Source of the DNA: Pachysolen tannophilus NRRL Y-2460
Taxonomy: Eukaryota
NCBI GenBank assembly: GCA_001661245.1
Contig: KV454012.1
Location: 1,786,418-1,850,417 of the forward strand
Reading direction: 5' to 3'
Length of the DNA stretch: 64,000 nucleotides
Below, in pieces: positions 12,448 through 23,101 of the stretch. The notes beneath the pieces were generated by a model. It ran no database searches and was not told where the DNA came from. It was given only the letters and a program-made list of their open reading frames with translations. Within the stretch, counting starts at the first letter, position 1; each line of letters starts with the position of its first letter. Both the position numbers and the translations under genes were made by a program.

Positions 12448-14403
12448 ATTTCTTCTTCAACGTCCTCATAATTTATAAATTCATAATTATTACTATTTCT
12501 CTTAATGGAACTTAATTTCTTTATAGATTTCAGATTATTACCATTAGTATAGCTATTATTTTTTTTAAATCCATTTCTATTATTTAAAAAATTAATAAAT
12601 TCATATTCATTTCTGTTTAAAAAAATTGGTTTTGCTATCTTATATCTGAAATGATCTGGTTTCAATTCTGAATATGTCTTATCAGAAGTACATAAAGATG
12701 ACTGATCTATTTCATTATCATTTTCAAAATATTTAAAATCATCATCATCATCATTATTTTCCAGATCAAAATTTTTAACTATCCAATTTAATTTCTCATA
12801 CCTCATAAATTCTAAAGAATTAATTAAATTATTATGAAGTATAATTTTTCTAAAAATTGAATCTTTATAACAAATATCAAATCCATATTTAAAATAATTA
12901 TGAATTTTCATATTACTGGATGATTTACACAAATAAGAATCTGGGGGTCCAATTTCTAAAATAATTTCTTGTAATCTGCTATGATAAATTCGCATTATAA
13001 GAGAATTTCTTCTATCATTTAAAAAATTTAATTTAATAGTTCCATGAAATAAATTAATTTCAACATTTTTAAATAATCTATTTGAATTTTGGCTTAAATT
13101 TTTCAATGATAATGAATTTTTATCATTTTTAGTATAATGAATATTATATAATGATTCATTTAAAAAATTTTTTATCTTAGTAAATCCATCTTCAAATGAA
13201 GAACCTTTAAAAATTAAAAAAGAATAACAATAAACATTATTTGATCTATGATCCAATATTTGTATTTGTTGTTCTGGAGTAGCTTTTATAAATTGTTTGT
13301 TTAAATTTTTTGGAATTTCAAAATTAAAACAAATACCGGGATAAGATAAACAATAATGTCCACTCAGTTTATTATAAAAACCTGGATAAGTTGGACCAAA
13401 AATTGTACTATAAATCAATTTAAAAGTAGGATTTTTATTATTACCGCCATTGATATTACTAACATTATTATTAATTTCTTCACTATTAATCAATGTATCA
13501 TTGTATCCAAAATAACAATTGTTAAAATTACGACATTCAATCATTATTAAAACTTGAACTTTTGCATCAAAAATAAATCTAATACCTAAATCATTTAATA
13601 TAACTATAATTGGAGTATTTGTTTTTAAATCTTTTAAATTTGATATAATTTTAAAATTTAAATTTTGTTTTTGAACTAAATGAATTATTTGATATAATGA
13701 TAATCCCAATTCTAACCAAGCAAAAATAAAAATCACAAATAGTTAGTCAACCATTTTTTTTTTTATTTTTTTAAANNNNNNNNNNNNNNNNNNNNNNNNN
13801 NNNNNNNNNNNNNNNNNNNNNNNNNNNNNNNNNNNNNNNNNNNNNNNNNNNNNNNNNNNNNNNNNNNNNNNNNNNNNNNNNNNNNNNNNNNNNNNNNNNN
13901 NNNNNNNNNNNNNNNNNNNNNNNNNNNNNNNNNNNNNNNNNNNNNNNNNNNNNNNNNNNNNNNNNNNNNNNNNNNNNNNNNNNNNNNNNNNNNNNNNNNN
14001 NNNNNNNNNNNNNNNNNNNNNNNNNNNNNNNNNNNNNNNNNNNNNNNNNNNNNNNNNNNNNNNNNNNNNNNNNNNNNNNNNNNNNNNNNNNNNNNNNNNN
14101 NNNNNNNNNNNNNNNNNNNNNNNNNNNNNNNNNNNNNNNNNNNNNNNNNNNNNNNNNNNNNNNNNNNNNNNNNNNNNNNNNNNNNNNNNNNNNNNNNNNN
14201 NNNNNNNNNNNNNNNNNNNNNNNNNNNNNNNNNNNNNNNNNNNNNNNNNNNNNNNACACAAATAGTTAGTTCAACCTATTTTTTTTTTTTTTTTTTTAAA
14301 AGAAAAAAATATTATATATTAAAATGAGATTATAATTATACTTACTAAATTCTCCAATTCCTTCATAAGGTTTTATATCCAAAGTTATTAATCGTGCCAG
14401 CAT
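11910..14403 (-). CDS. UPF0183/PHAF1 (C16orf70)-like protein, spliced: exon1 14403-14346, intron 14345-13712 (contains the N gap), exon2 13711-11910
   Basis: Exon1 M-x-ARLITLDIKPYEGIGEF plus A|AA joins LGLSLYQII. Donor GTAAGT, branch TGACTAAC, TAG acceptor. Family motifs GIRFIFD..Q.LIMIE, IFGPTYPG, LSYPGICF, IGPPD, NYFKYGFDI, KIILHNN. Confidence 0.8.
13776..14255. other. Assembly gap of 480 N
   Basis: Run of n. Confidence 1.
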
Positions 14404-15489
14404 TATAGCAGAATAATTCCCCTAGTATATAAAAACAAATAAATAATAATAGTAAGAAAAAAAAAATTTCAATAAATTCAAATAACCAGTTAGATGTTAT
14501 ATAAGAGATGGAATGATGGTATAATATATATAAATATATAAAAATAAATAAATATATATTTATATTATCATCTACTGATAATGATTGTTTGTGTTATTAT
14601 TATTAAATAAACACGCCTCGCACAGCATACACTACCAAAAAATAACATTTAAAAGAACTTTTTTCCACTATACGATTGATGCGATTGATATAACGGGGAG
14701 ATAAGAGACAAACACAGAGTTTTAAATAGATAAAATCATATTAAGCGCTATCTATATCCATCAACTAAGAATTTGCAAAAAAAATTAATCTAAGATGATT
14801 TTTTAACTATAAGAGACAATTTTTAAGATTAATAAATTGAATTACAACTAGTTAATTGCTATTGAGTTGAAACTATTATGAACATATTTTCCATTATTTT
14901 AACTAAGTATCTAGATACTTACAAAAAAAAAAATATTATTGCTTATTGAGTTGGTCATATCAAGACTAGAACCTATCTATATTCTTCTAGACTTTAGTAT
15001 TCTCTATTCATTCATTCATTTAATTATGTTTCTTTATCTGTGGAATTTCCTCTTTTGTAAATCCACCACTTTATCTGCAGCCCCTATCTATCCACTGCCA
15101 CCCATAAAACGGAGAGAAGAGTTAAATTTGTCCGGAGGGAACAGGCGGAAGCCCACCTAATTACTTACGGACATACCTACCTATTTAACTACTTGGTTAG
15201 TTGGTGGTCGTGGAGCCAAAGATAGAAAAAAATCTTTTAAACTCAAGGTTTAGTACTGGCCAAAAAAAAAAAAAATAGAAGAAATAAACAAGATTTTCCG
15301 GAATTATACACGGGGGAAAGATATGCTTACTGATAAACAACAGATAGCAATTTGATGCAAAGTCAAACAAAGTAGGAAAGAAATTCCTTATTTATTATAA
15401 ATATATATATATATTTATGGTACTAAATTTTTTAAAGCTATTGGCTTATATATAAATAAATATATGCTTGTATTTTAATTTATTTAGCC

Positions 15490-15533
15490 GTAGACTTTGA
15501 GTAGACTTTGAGTAGACTTTGAGTAGACTTTGA
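15490..15533 (+). repeat. Perfect 11-bp tandem repeat (GTAGACTTTGA)x4 in the GSH1 promoter
   Basis: Read directly. Confidence 0.95.
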
Positions 15534-15646
15534 GGTTCATGTGACATTGGACAATTGAATTGTGGATGATGTCTCTGTTTGTCTTAATGCAACGCTGAAT
15601 AAGTGGTTGCCAAAAGACACCGGATATGCACTATGTTAAAAATTTA

Positions 15647-15654
15647 AAACTGTG
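15647..15654 (+). promoter_or_regulatory. Met31/Met32-type site AAACTGTG upstream of GSH1
   Basis: Matches the consensus core; GSH1 is a known Met4-regulon target in S. cerevisiae. Confidence 0.5.
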
Positions 15655-15798
15655 TTATACTGTATTATACTGTAAGGTATTATTTATTATTTCGCTTTGC
15701 TTCTCTGCTCTTTTCCGCTTTAAACTGAATAATAATAAAATAATACAAAAAAAAAAAAAAAAAATTTTTTTTGAAAATTTCTATTGACAAAAAGTGTA

Positions 15799-15805
15799 TT
15801 ACTAA
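15799..15805 (+). promoter_or_regulatory. Yap1 response element TTACTAA upstream of GSH1
   Basis: Exact YRE about 530 bp before the ATG; GSH1 is a known Yap1 target. Confidence 0.55.
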
Positions 15806-16335
15806 TTTGAACTAAAGAAGCATTTTTTTCCAGTAAATAATTCTAAATGAGAATAATAGGTCAAATCAAAAAAAGTTTATAATCAAAAATTTAAACCAAT
15901 TTTATAATTATACTCATAATCTCTCCATTGATTATCATTATCATTAACATTATCATTATCATTTAAGAAGTTGAATTCTAATCTATAATTAAAGATTTTG
16001 AATTTGAATATCATTCTCTTTTCTCATTTTTGTGGTCTTTTTTTTTTTTTTTTCATTTTTTTTTTTCGATTTTTCAATTTTTTTTTGCTTTTCTTAACGT
16101 CCAAAGTTTGAAGAAGAACTTGAGCTTTTTTTTTATTTATTCTTTTGCTTTTTCTTATTTGCATTTTTGGGCAAGCCAAAGTTAGCTATTCATCATATAT
16201 TTTATATATAGCTGTGAAATCTTTAAATAGTGTTAACTTAAGAGGGCCTTTTCTTCTAACTAACTAACTAACTAATTAACTAACTAGATAATACCTCTCA
16301 AGAGAATACAGTAGTAAGAGAAACAAGAACGGGAA

Positions 16336-18315
16336 ATGGGTCTTTTATCATTAGGTACACCATTACATTGGAAAGATACAAGGAAACATGCTGATGAAGT
16401 TAGAGAACAAGGTATAATTCAATTGATAAAGATGTTTGAATCTGCACATGAACGTAAAAATGATAAATTTTTATGGGGGGATGAATTAGAATATATGTTA
16501 TTAAAAATTGATGAAGATTCTAAAGATGTTAAATTAGCAATCGATGAAGATTCTATTTTACAAAGACTTAGTCCTGAAGGTTGTGCATATAATAAATGTA
16601 TTGAAAATGAAATTTCATTTCATCCTGAATATGGTAGGTATATGTTAGAAGCAACACCTCTGAGACCTTATGATGGTGAAAAAATTGATGATTATCTTTT
16701 TGTTGAAAAAAATATGTCCATTAGAAGAAAAATTGCAATAAATGAATTACATGATAAAAATGTATTTCCATTTACTTTAACTGTTTATCCAAGAATGGGT
16801 ACTCCTCATTTCACTTATCCAGATGCAATTCCAAATGGTGAAGCTTCAAAATCATTATTTTTACCAGATGAAATAATAAATCGTCATGTAAGATTTCCAA
16901 CTTTAACTGCTAATATAAGACGTAGAAGAGGTGCAAAAGTTGCTATTAATGTCCCATTATATAAAGATACAAGAACAAGAAAAAATGATGAAATAGATCC
17001 AACAATTCCTAAAAGAAATTTATTCCCATTTCATGATCTGGAACCTTTCTTGGGTGCAGCATTACCTGGTCATATATATATGGATTCAATGGGTTTTGGA
17101 ATGGGTTGTTCTTGTTTACAAGTAACAATGCAAACACCAGATTTATCAGCAAATAGATATCTTTATGATTCATTGGTTTGTATTACTCCAATAATGCTTG
17201 CTTTAACTGCAGCTTCTCCAATTTTTAGAGGATTCTTGGCTGATCAAGATGTTAGATGGAATGTAATTAGTGGTTCTGTTGATGATAGAACACCTTATGA
17301 AAGAGGTGTTGAACCTTTAAAAGGTCATAATTTATATGGAGAGATAGATGTAAAAAATTCCTCACTTTATAGAATTCCAAAATCTCGTTATGATTCAGTT
17401 GATCAATATTTAGGTGATGTTGGTTCTGATGGAATAACAACAAATTTTTTTGATAAATCTTATAATGATTTAACACCAGTTAGAAACGAAAAAATTTTTA
17501 ACAAATTAACAAAAGAAGCAAAATTTGATGAAATTTTAGCTAATCATTTTGCTCATTTATTTATAAGGGATCCTATAGTGGTTTTCAGTGAAAATCTTAA
17601 ACAGGATAATGATTTTCAAACTGATCATTTTGAAAATATTCAATCAACAAATTGGCAAACTTTAAGATTTAAACCTCCAATTCAACAAGCTGTTCCGGAA
17701 AATCATAAAACTCCAGGTTGGAGAGTTGAATTTAGACCAATGGAAATTTCAATTACAGATTTTGAAAATGCAGCATATGCAATATTTGTGGTATTATTAT
17801 CTAGAAGTATTTTAAAATATAGACCTAATTTTTATTTACCTATAACATGTGTTGATAAAAATATGAAACTTGCTCATAAACGTGAAAGTGCAACAAATGG
17901 AATTTTTTATTTTAGGAAAAATATTTTATCCAAAGAAGTTAATAGTATTGCTGAATTATCATTAAATCAAATTATTAATGGTTCAAATGAATTTATTGGT
18001 TTAATACCTTTAATTGAAAAATTTTTAAATGAAGAATTATTTAAATCTGCCACTGAAGAACAACTTTTCAAAATAAGGACATATCTTAAACTTGTATCTT
18101 ATAGAGCAAGTGGTGAAATTCCAACAACTGCGAAATATATTAGAAATTTTGTGCTAAATCATCCAAATTATGCAAAAGATAGTATTGTTTCAAAAGAAAT
18201 TAATTTTGACCTTATTAAAAATTTATCAAAGTTGACACTGTATGATAAGGAAATTGTAAAAGATTTTTTTGGTAATGACATAGCAAGAGATATGGAAAAA
18301 ATGGGGTATTGTTAG
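16336..18315 (+). CDS. GSH1: Gamma-glutamylcysteine synthetase
   Basis: MGLLSLGTPL, WGDELEY, FHPEYGRYMLEATP, YMDSMGFGMGCSCLQVT, HFENIQSTNWQ, GWRVEFRPM. Confidence 0.98.
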   Translation: MGLLSLGTPLHWKDTRKHADEVREQGIIQLIKMFESAHERKNDKFLWGDELEYMLLKIDEDSKDVKLAIDEDSILQRLSPEGCAYNKCIENEISFHPEYGRYMLEATPLRPYDGEKIDDYLFVEKNMSIRRKIAINELHDKNVFPFTLTVYPRMGTPHFTYPDAIPNGEASKSLFLPDEIINRHVRFPTLTANIRRRRGAKVAINVPLYKDTRTRKNDEIDPTIPKRNLFPFHDLEPFLGAALPGHIYMDSMGFGMGCSCLQVTMQTPDLSANRYLYDSLVCITPIMLALTAASPIFRGFLADQDVRWNVISGSVDDRTPYERGVEPLKGHNLYGEIDVKNSSLYRIPKSRYDSVDQYLGDVGSDGITTNFFDKSYNDLTPVRNEKIFNKLTKEAKFDEILANHFAHLFIRDPIVVFSENLKQDNDFQTDHFENIQSTNWQTLRFKPPIQQAVPENHKTPGWRVEFRPMEISITDFENAAYAIFVVLLSRSILKYRPNFYLPITCVDKNMKLAHKRESATNGIFYFRKNILSKEVNSIAELSLNQIINGSNEFIGLIPLIEKFLNEELFKSATEEQLFKIRTYLKLVSYRASGEIPTTAKYIRNFVLNHPNYAKDSIVSKEINFDLIKNLSKLTLYDKEIVKDFFGNDIARDMEKMGYC

Positions 18316-18796
18316 TTAACAGAGGAAAGAAAATAGAGATTATCTTTTTTTTTTTTTTTTTTCTATAAAGTTTTACAAATTGAATCGATTGCCTTTAGAA
18401 ATAGATGTAAAAAGAAAAAATAAATCAAGTTTTATAAATGGGCAAAAAAAAAATTTTTATTTTTTATTAGTTGTATTTATTTGACAGTTTAAAGTCAATA
18501 AACATACTTAATAATCCATTAATTTTAACTTTGGAAAGAATCTCATTTTAAACTCTTTTTTTTTTTTTTTTGCTCTTTCGATCTTTTATCTTTTAAAAAG
18601 TAAACTTGTTATCTCTAATCTCTCTGTGACAACAACAACAATAAAATTGAAAAAAAAAAAAAAAAAAAAAAATGCAAAAAAAATATGAATTTTCTTTTTT
18701 TTTTTTTTGCCTGTTGAATTGGAATATAAGAAAACACAAACCAAATGTAAATGTAAATGTTTTAAAAAAGCTAAATATATATAAAACCCATTTTCT

Positions 18797-19363
18797 TTAT
18801 GCTGCAGCAACATTTTTCGCAATAGTACCAAAACTGCAAAAACCAAACATTATAGAAAAACACGTTGTACAAAAAGTATCTTTATTGCATACTATAAGGT
18901 TACCACAGGGGCCAAACCCAAAACAACAAAGACAACTTTTCCAAAATTCCACGCATTCTTGACTTGTTGATTGATGATAATTTTTCAATTGTTGTTGTTG
19001 TCTTTCTCGTTGTTCTCTTAATTCTTTATTTTTTATGTATAAAGGATCATCTTGAGCTCCTGGTTGTGAAGTTTGAACTTTTTCATCAATTACTCCCTTA
19101 TTCTCATTCTCATCCTCCTCATCATCATCACCATTACCATCATTTTTAGTCTCATTGCTCTTATTATTATTGCTATTAACAACTTCTTTTTCATTAGCAC
19201 TACCATCCGCAGCCTCAGAAATTTCTTCAGTAGGTTTAACCTTTAACGAAGATTTTGCATCTTGAAAATCCGTTAAAACAGTACCATCTTTTTGTTCTTC
19301 TTCACTCCCAGTCAACGTAGTATCATTTTCCGTCGGTGTAGCTATCTTGTCTATTTTCTCCAT
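18797..19363 (-). CDS. Uncharacterised 188-aa protein with acidic disordered N-part and Cys-rich hydrophobic C-tail (CYSTM-like)
   Basis: ATG in A-rich context, own intergenic space; tail ECVEFWKSCLCCFGFGPC..C..FCTTCF..FC. Confidence 0.7.
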   Translation of the reverse strand: MEKIDKIATPTENDTTLTGSEEEQKDGTVLTDFQDAKSSLKVKPTEEISEAADGSANEKEVVNSNNNKSNETKNDGNGDDDEEDENENKGVIDEKVQTSQPGAQDDPLYIKNKELREQRERQQQQLKNYHQSTSQECVEFWKSCLCCFGFGPCGNLIVCNKDTFCTTCFSIMFGFCSFGTIAKNVAAA

Positions 19364-20285
19364 TTTAATTATTCAAATCAATTGTTATTAAATAATACTC
19401 CCATAAAAAAAAACCAAAAAAAAATCTTTTTTTTTATTTATATTTACTTTTTTTTGTTCTATATTTTCCAAGTAATCTTTAATCTTTAATCTATAAACAA
19501 TTTATTCATATCCTTTTTCCTTTATTTTTTTTTCTTTAAACCTGAGAAAGCAAAAAGCAAATTTAAAAAATAAAAAATAGGAAAAAAAAAAAAATATTTA
19601 TTTATTATATATTTTCGTAATAGATTTAAGAATGGTAAAAGACAAGTTACAGAATTGTTTATATTTTAAACGGCAGGAACACTCATACACCGAATAAAAG
19701 AGGTTTTCTATGGGGTAAATTTCTATCTTTTTTTTACGTAAGGGGTACGCGGAAATACTCCTTTTCTTCTTGGGCAGAAAAAAAGTTTTGGTTTAGGTAT
19801 GTCTCTCTCTTTTTCTTTAGTCCTAGATCTATATAGGCGGGCACTGAACATTTAGACATTTGAACAATAGATATTGGACATTGGGCAGTGGGCTATGAGG
19901 TCAAAAGTTAAAAATCACAAGCCAAAAATCCGAGTTGGTTTTTAGCGATGAGGTCATATAGAAGGAAAGAAAAGAAACAAAGTAGTGTACGTTTGAACTA
20001 GAATGGGACGTTATTGGTATTGGGTATTGTGAACACTACTCTCTTTTTTTCAATATCCGACAAAGTAAACCGACGGAGAAATTGAACTTTCCGAAACCGG
20101 GGTTTTTTTATTCATTTTTTTTTTAATTCACAAACACACACTACCTTTTTAAATAATTTCCCTTTTTGGATTATTGGGCTTTATATACACTACTTTGATG
20201 TTTTTTCAATTTTATTTTTTTTTTTCCTTTTTTTTTTTTTTTTTTTTTGCTGCTCTGCTTCTACTCTGCTAAGAAAAAGAAAAAA

Positions 20286-20295
20286 AAAATTTTCA
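20286..20295 (-). promoter_or_regulatory. RRPE element (TGAAAATTTT) of LSG1; a PAC motif GCGATGAG lies at 19945-19952
   Basis: Consensus matches upstream of a ribosome-biogenesis gene. Confidence 0.6.
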
Positions 20296-20467
20296 CGTAA
20301 TAATAACATACATATTGTGTATACTATAAGTGAATAAGTAAGTTAATAAGTGAATAAGTGAATAAGTGATATTAGTAATTAGGTACTCTTTTTTTTTTTG
20401 CTTTTTCGAGTTAGATAGAGGACATCTATAATTCACTTTTTTTTATTAAAAACTTTTTTCTTTCATT

Positions 20468-22423
20468 ATGCCACCAAAGAAAGAGGAACCGAAGAAATGG
20501 AAAGCTCCAAAAGGTCCAAAGCCAATTCAGAGAAAGAATAAAAATACTATTGGATTAGGAAGAAGTATTGCTAATGTTAGATCAAAGGAAAATAGAATTG
20601 AATATCTTCCTGATGGGGAGATGAGGTTTACTACAGATAAGCATGAAGCTGATTGGGTGAAGTTAAGGTCTGTTACACAAGAAACTGCATTGGATGAATT
20701 TTTAAATACTGCAGAATTAGCTGATACAGATTTTGCTGCTGAAAAGAGAGCAACAGTTAAAATTATTAAAGTTGATCCAAATAAAAATCCATATTTATTA
20801 AGTGGTGAAGAACAAGAAAAAAAACATAAGTTACAAGAAGAGCATGAATTTGAATTGAAAGTGCCTAGAAGGCCAATATGGGATTCAAATACAACAAAAT
20901 TTCAATTAGAAAAACTGGAAAAAGAAGCTTTCTTAGATTGGAGACGTCAACTTGCTTTATTACAAGAAAATGAAGATTTATTATTAACACCTTTTGAAAG
21001 AAATATTGAAGTTTGGAAACAATTATGGAGAGTGGTGGAAAGATCTGATCTTGTGGTTCAAATTGTTGATGCTAGAAATCCATTATTATTTAGATCAAAA
21101 GATTTAGAAAAATATGTAAAAGAATTAGATGAAAGAAAAAATAATTTATTATTGGTAAATAAAGCTGATTTACTTACTCTGAAACAAAGATTAGCATGGG
21201 CAAATTATTTTATTGAAAATAAGATAAAATATACTTTTTTCTCTGCAGCAGAAGCTAATGAATTATTAGCAAAGGAAGAATTGGAATCACAATCATTAAA
21301 TGGAAATTTAAATGAAATAAATAATAGTACAAATACTAAAATTGAAATTGGAAATGAAATATTTAATAAAGAAAAATCAGAAATTGATTCTAAAATCAAA
21401 ATTTTGAAAATTGAAGAATTGGAAGAATTATTTTTAAAAGAAGCTCCAGAGCCATTGACTATTCCATTAAGACTGGATGAACCTGCAAAATTACAAATTG
21501 GATTAGTTGGGTATCCAAACGTTGGGAAATCATCAACTATAAATGCTTTAGTAGGTGCAAAGAAAGTTTCAGTTTCTTCAACCCCAGGTAAGACAAAACA
21601 TTTTCAAACTATTCAACTTTCTCCAAAAGTTATTCTTTGTGATTGTCCAGGTTTAGTTTTCCCCAACTTTGCATATACAAATAGTGAGTTAGTTTGTTGT
21701 GGTGTCTTACCAATCGATCAATTAAGAGAATCTACAGGACCATGTCAATTGGTGGCTCAACGTATACCAAAATATTTCTTAGAAGCTGTTTATGGTATTG
21801 CTATTCCAACAAAAGCTATAGAAGAAGGAGGTTCTGGAATACCAACAGCACAAGAATTATTAACCGCTTATGCTAGAGCTAGAGGTTATATGACACAAGG
21901 TTTTGGTAGTGCTGATGAATCAAGAGCAGCAAGATATATTTTAAAAGATTACGTTAATGGTAAATTATTATTTACACATTGTCCACCTAATAATGATAAT
22001 TCTTTAGTAACTTTGGAACAAGAAAGAGAATTTAATATGGAAAATTTTAGTCTTGAAAAATTACCAGAACAACGTATAGAACAAATTATACAAGCTGCAA
22101 AAGAGAAAAATATAAACATTAATGAAATTGATCTTGCAAGAGATTTATCCAAATTAACTTTTTCGTCTCATGCGTCAATTGGTGATGAGGGGAAAGCTAA
22201 GACATCATCAAATTATGGTGGTAAACAAGCTGCTTTAACAAGTGCTACTGATGAATTGGATAGAGAATTTTTCAATATGAAAAATGTTAAAGGAAAATAT
22301 ACTACTCCATTCCATAAATTAACAAATGATGCTAATTCCAATAAAAAACATAATAAAAAAAACAAAAAGGGGAAAACTAGAACTCTAACAAGTGCAGCTA
22401 CAGTACAAGACGAATTGATCTAG
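20468..22423 (+). CDS. LSG1: Circularly permuted GTPase for 60S maturation
   Basis: LTPFERNIEVWKQLWRVVERSDLVVQIVDARNP, NKAD, GLVGYPNVGKSSTIN, TPGKTKHFQT, DCPGLVFP. Confidence 0.97.
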   Translation: MPPKKEEPKKWKAPKGPKPIQRKNKNTIGLGRSIANVRSKENRIEYLPDGEMRFTTDKHEADWVKLRSVTQETALDEFLNTAELADTDFAAEKRATVKIIKVDPNKNPYLLSGEEQEKKHKLQEEHEFELKVPRRPIWDSNTTKFQLEKLEKEAFLDWRRQLALLQENEDLLLTPFERNIEVWKQLWRVVERSDLVVQIVDARNPLLFRSKDLEKYVKELDERKNNLLLVNKADLLTLKQRLAWANYFIENKIKYTFFSAAEANELLAKEELESQSLNGNLNEINNSTNTKIEIGNEIFNKEKSEIDSKIKILKIEELEELFLKEAPEPLTIPLRLDEPAKLQIGLVGYPNVGKSSTINALVGAKKVSVSSTPGKTKHFQTIQLSPKVILCDCPGLVFPNFAYTNSELVCCGVLPIDQLRESTGPCQLVAQRIPKYFLEAVYGIAIPTKAIEEGGSGIPTAQELLTAYARARGYMTQGFGSADESRAARYILKDYVNGKLLFTHCPPNNDNSLVTLEQEREFNMENFSLEKLPEQRIEQIIQAAKEKNININEIDLARDLSKLTFSSHASIGDEGKAKTSSNYGGKQAALTSATDELDREFFNMKNVKGKYTTPFHKLTNDANSNKKHNKKNKKGKTRTLTSAATVQDELI

Positions 22424-22545
22424 AAATTTGGATTTTTACTTTAAATATGTATTTTATACATTTTATACCTATATATTATCAAGTAAAGTAATACAATACC
22501 CTACTATCTATCATTCGCAATAATACTACGAAATCTATATTTGAT

Positions 22546-22552
22546 TTACCCG
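22546..22552 (+). promoter_or_regulatory. Reb1 site TTACCCG, probable snoRNA promoter element
   Basis: Exact consensus followed by A/T tracts about 135 bp upstream of the snoRNA. Confidence 0.6.
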
Positions 22553-22683
22553 GGCACAAAAGGTGAAAAAACCAAAAAAGAAAAAAAAAAAAATTTTTGG
22601 TGAAAAATCAAATCTATTTAAATTTGAGGAAAGTATTTCATTTTCTCTTCTTTTTTTTTTTTTTTTCCTTTCTCTATCTTCAA

Positions 22684-22853
22684 CTAGGCATCTTAAATAA
22701 AACTTTTAATAATATCGATTTGTTTTTAGTAAATCCAGAGAACTTTATATAAGTTCTTGTTGATGCCGAGATGGACAATTTATCGCCTCTTTCGCTAACC
22801 ACGATCATTTTATTACAGTAGGTCGTTGTTTGATAGTAGGTGGGCGAACATAT
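22684..22853 (+). ncRNA. SNR82: Box H/ACA snoRNA, snR82-like (25S rRNA pseudouridylation guide)
   Basis: Two hairpins (ggcatc...gatgcc; tcgcc...ggcga) ending in ACA-tat. Pocket strands TTTCGCTA (22790-22797) and GATAGTAGGT (22832-22841) complement LSU rRNA AUCUACUAUCUAGCGAAA. Lies between LSG1 and USE1. The 5' end is approximate. Confidence 0.82.
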
Positions 22854-23101
22854 AAAAAAAAAGAAAATACATAAAAATTTTACTTTACATCTTATATTAC
22901 TTTTACTCACTCTATCTGATGAATGATATTTTCCAATTCTTTATTCTCTAATTCTTAAATGGTGTAGATTTCTTAAAAAAATCAGGTTCTAAGTCTGATT
23001 TCTTAGGAACCGTAATAGTAGTGCTTTATTTTTCTAAAATACGTGTATTTACCATGTACATAATATATATATATAAATTATAATTGAAAAGATACACGCA
23101 C

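Noticed and set aside
13743..14261. Poly-X ORFs in the track
   Set aside because: Artefacts of the N gap.
15163..15176. Minus-strand GTAAGT/GTATGT donors upstream of the PHAF1-like gene
   Set aside because: No good branch point and acceptor downstream.
16256..16287. (CTAA)n run in the GSH1 leader resembling tandem branch points
   Set aside because: No convincing upstream donor; simple microsatellite.
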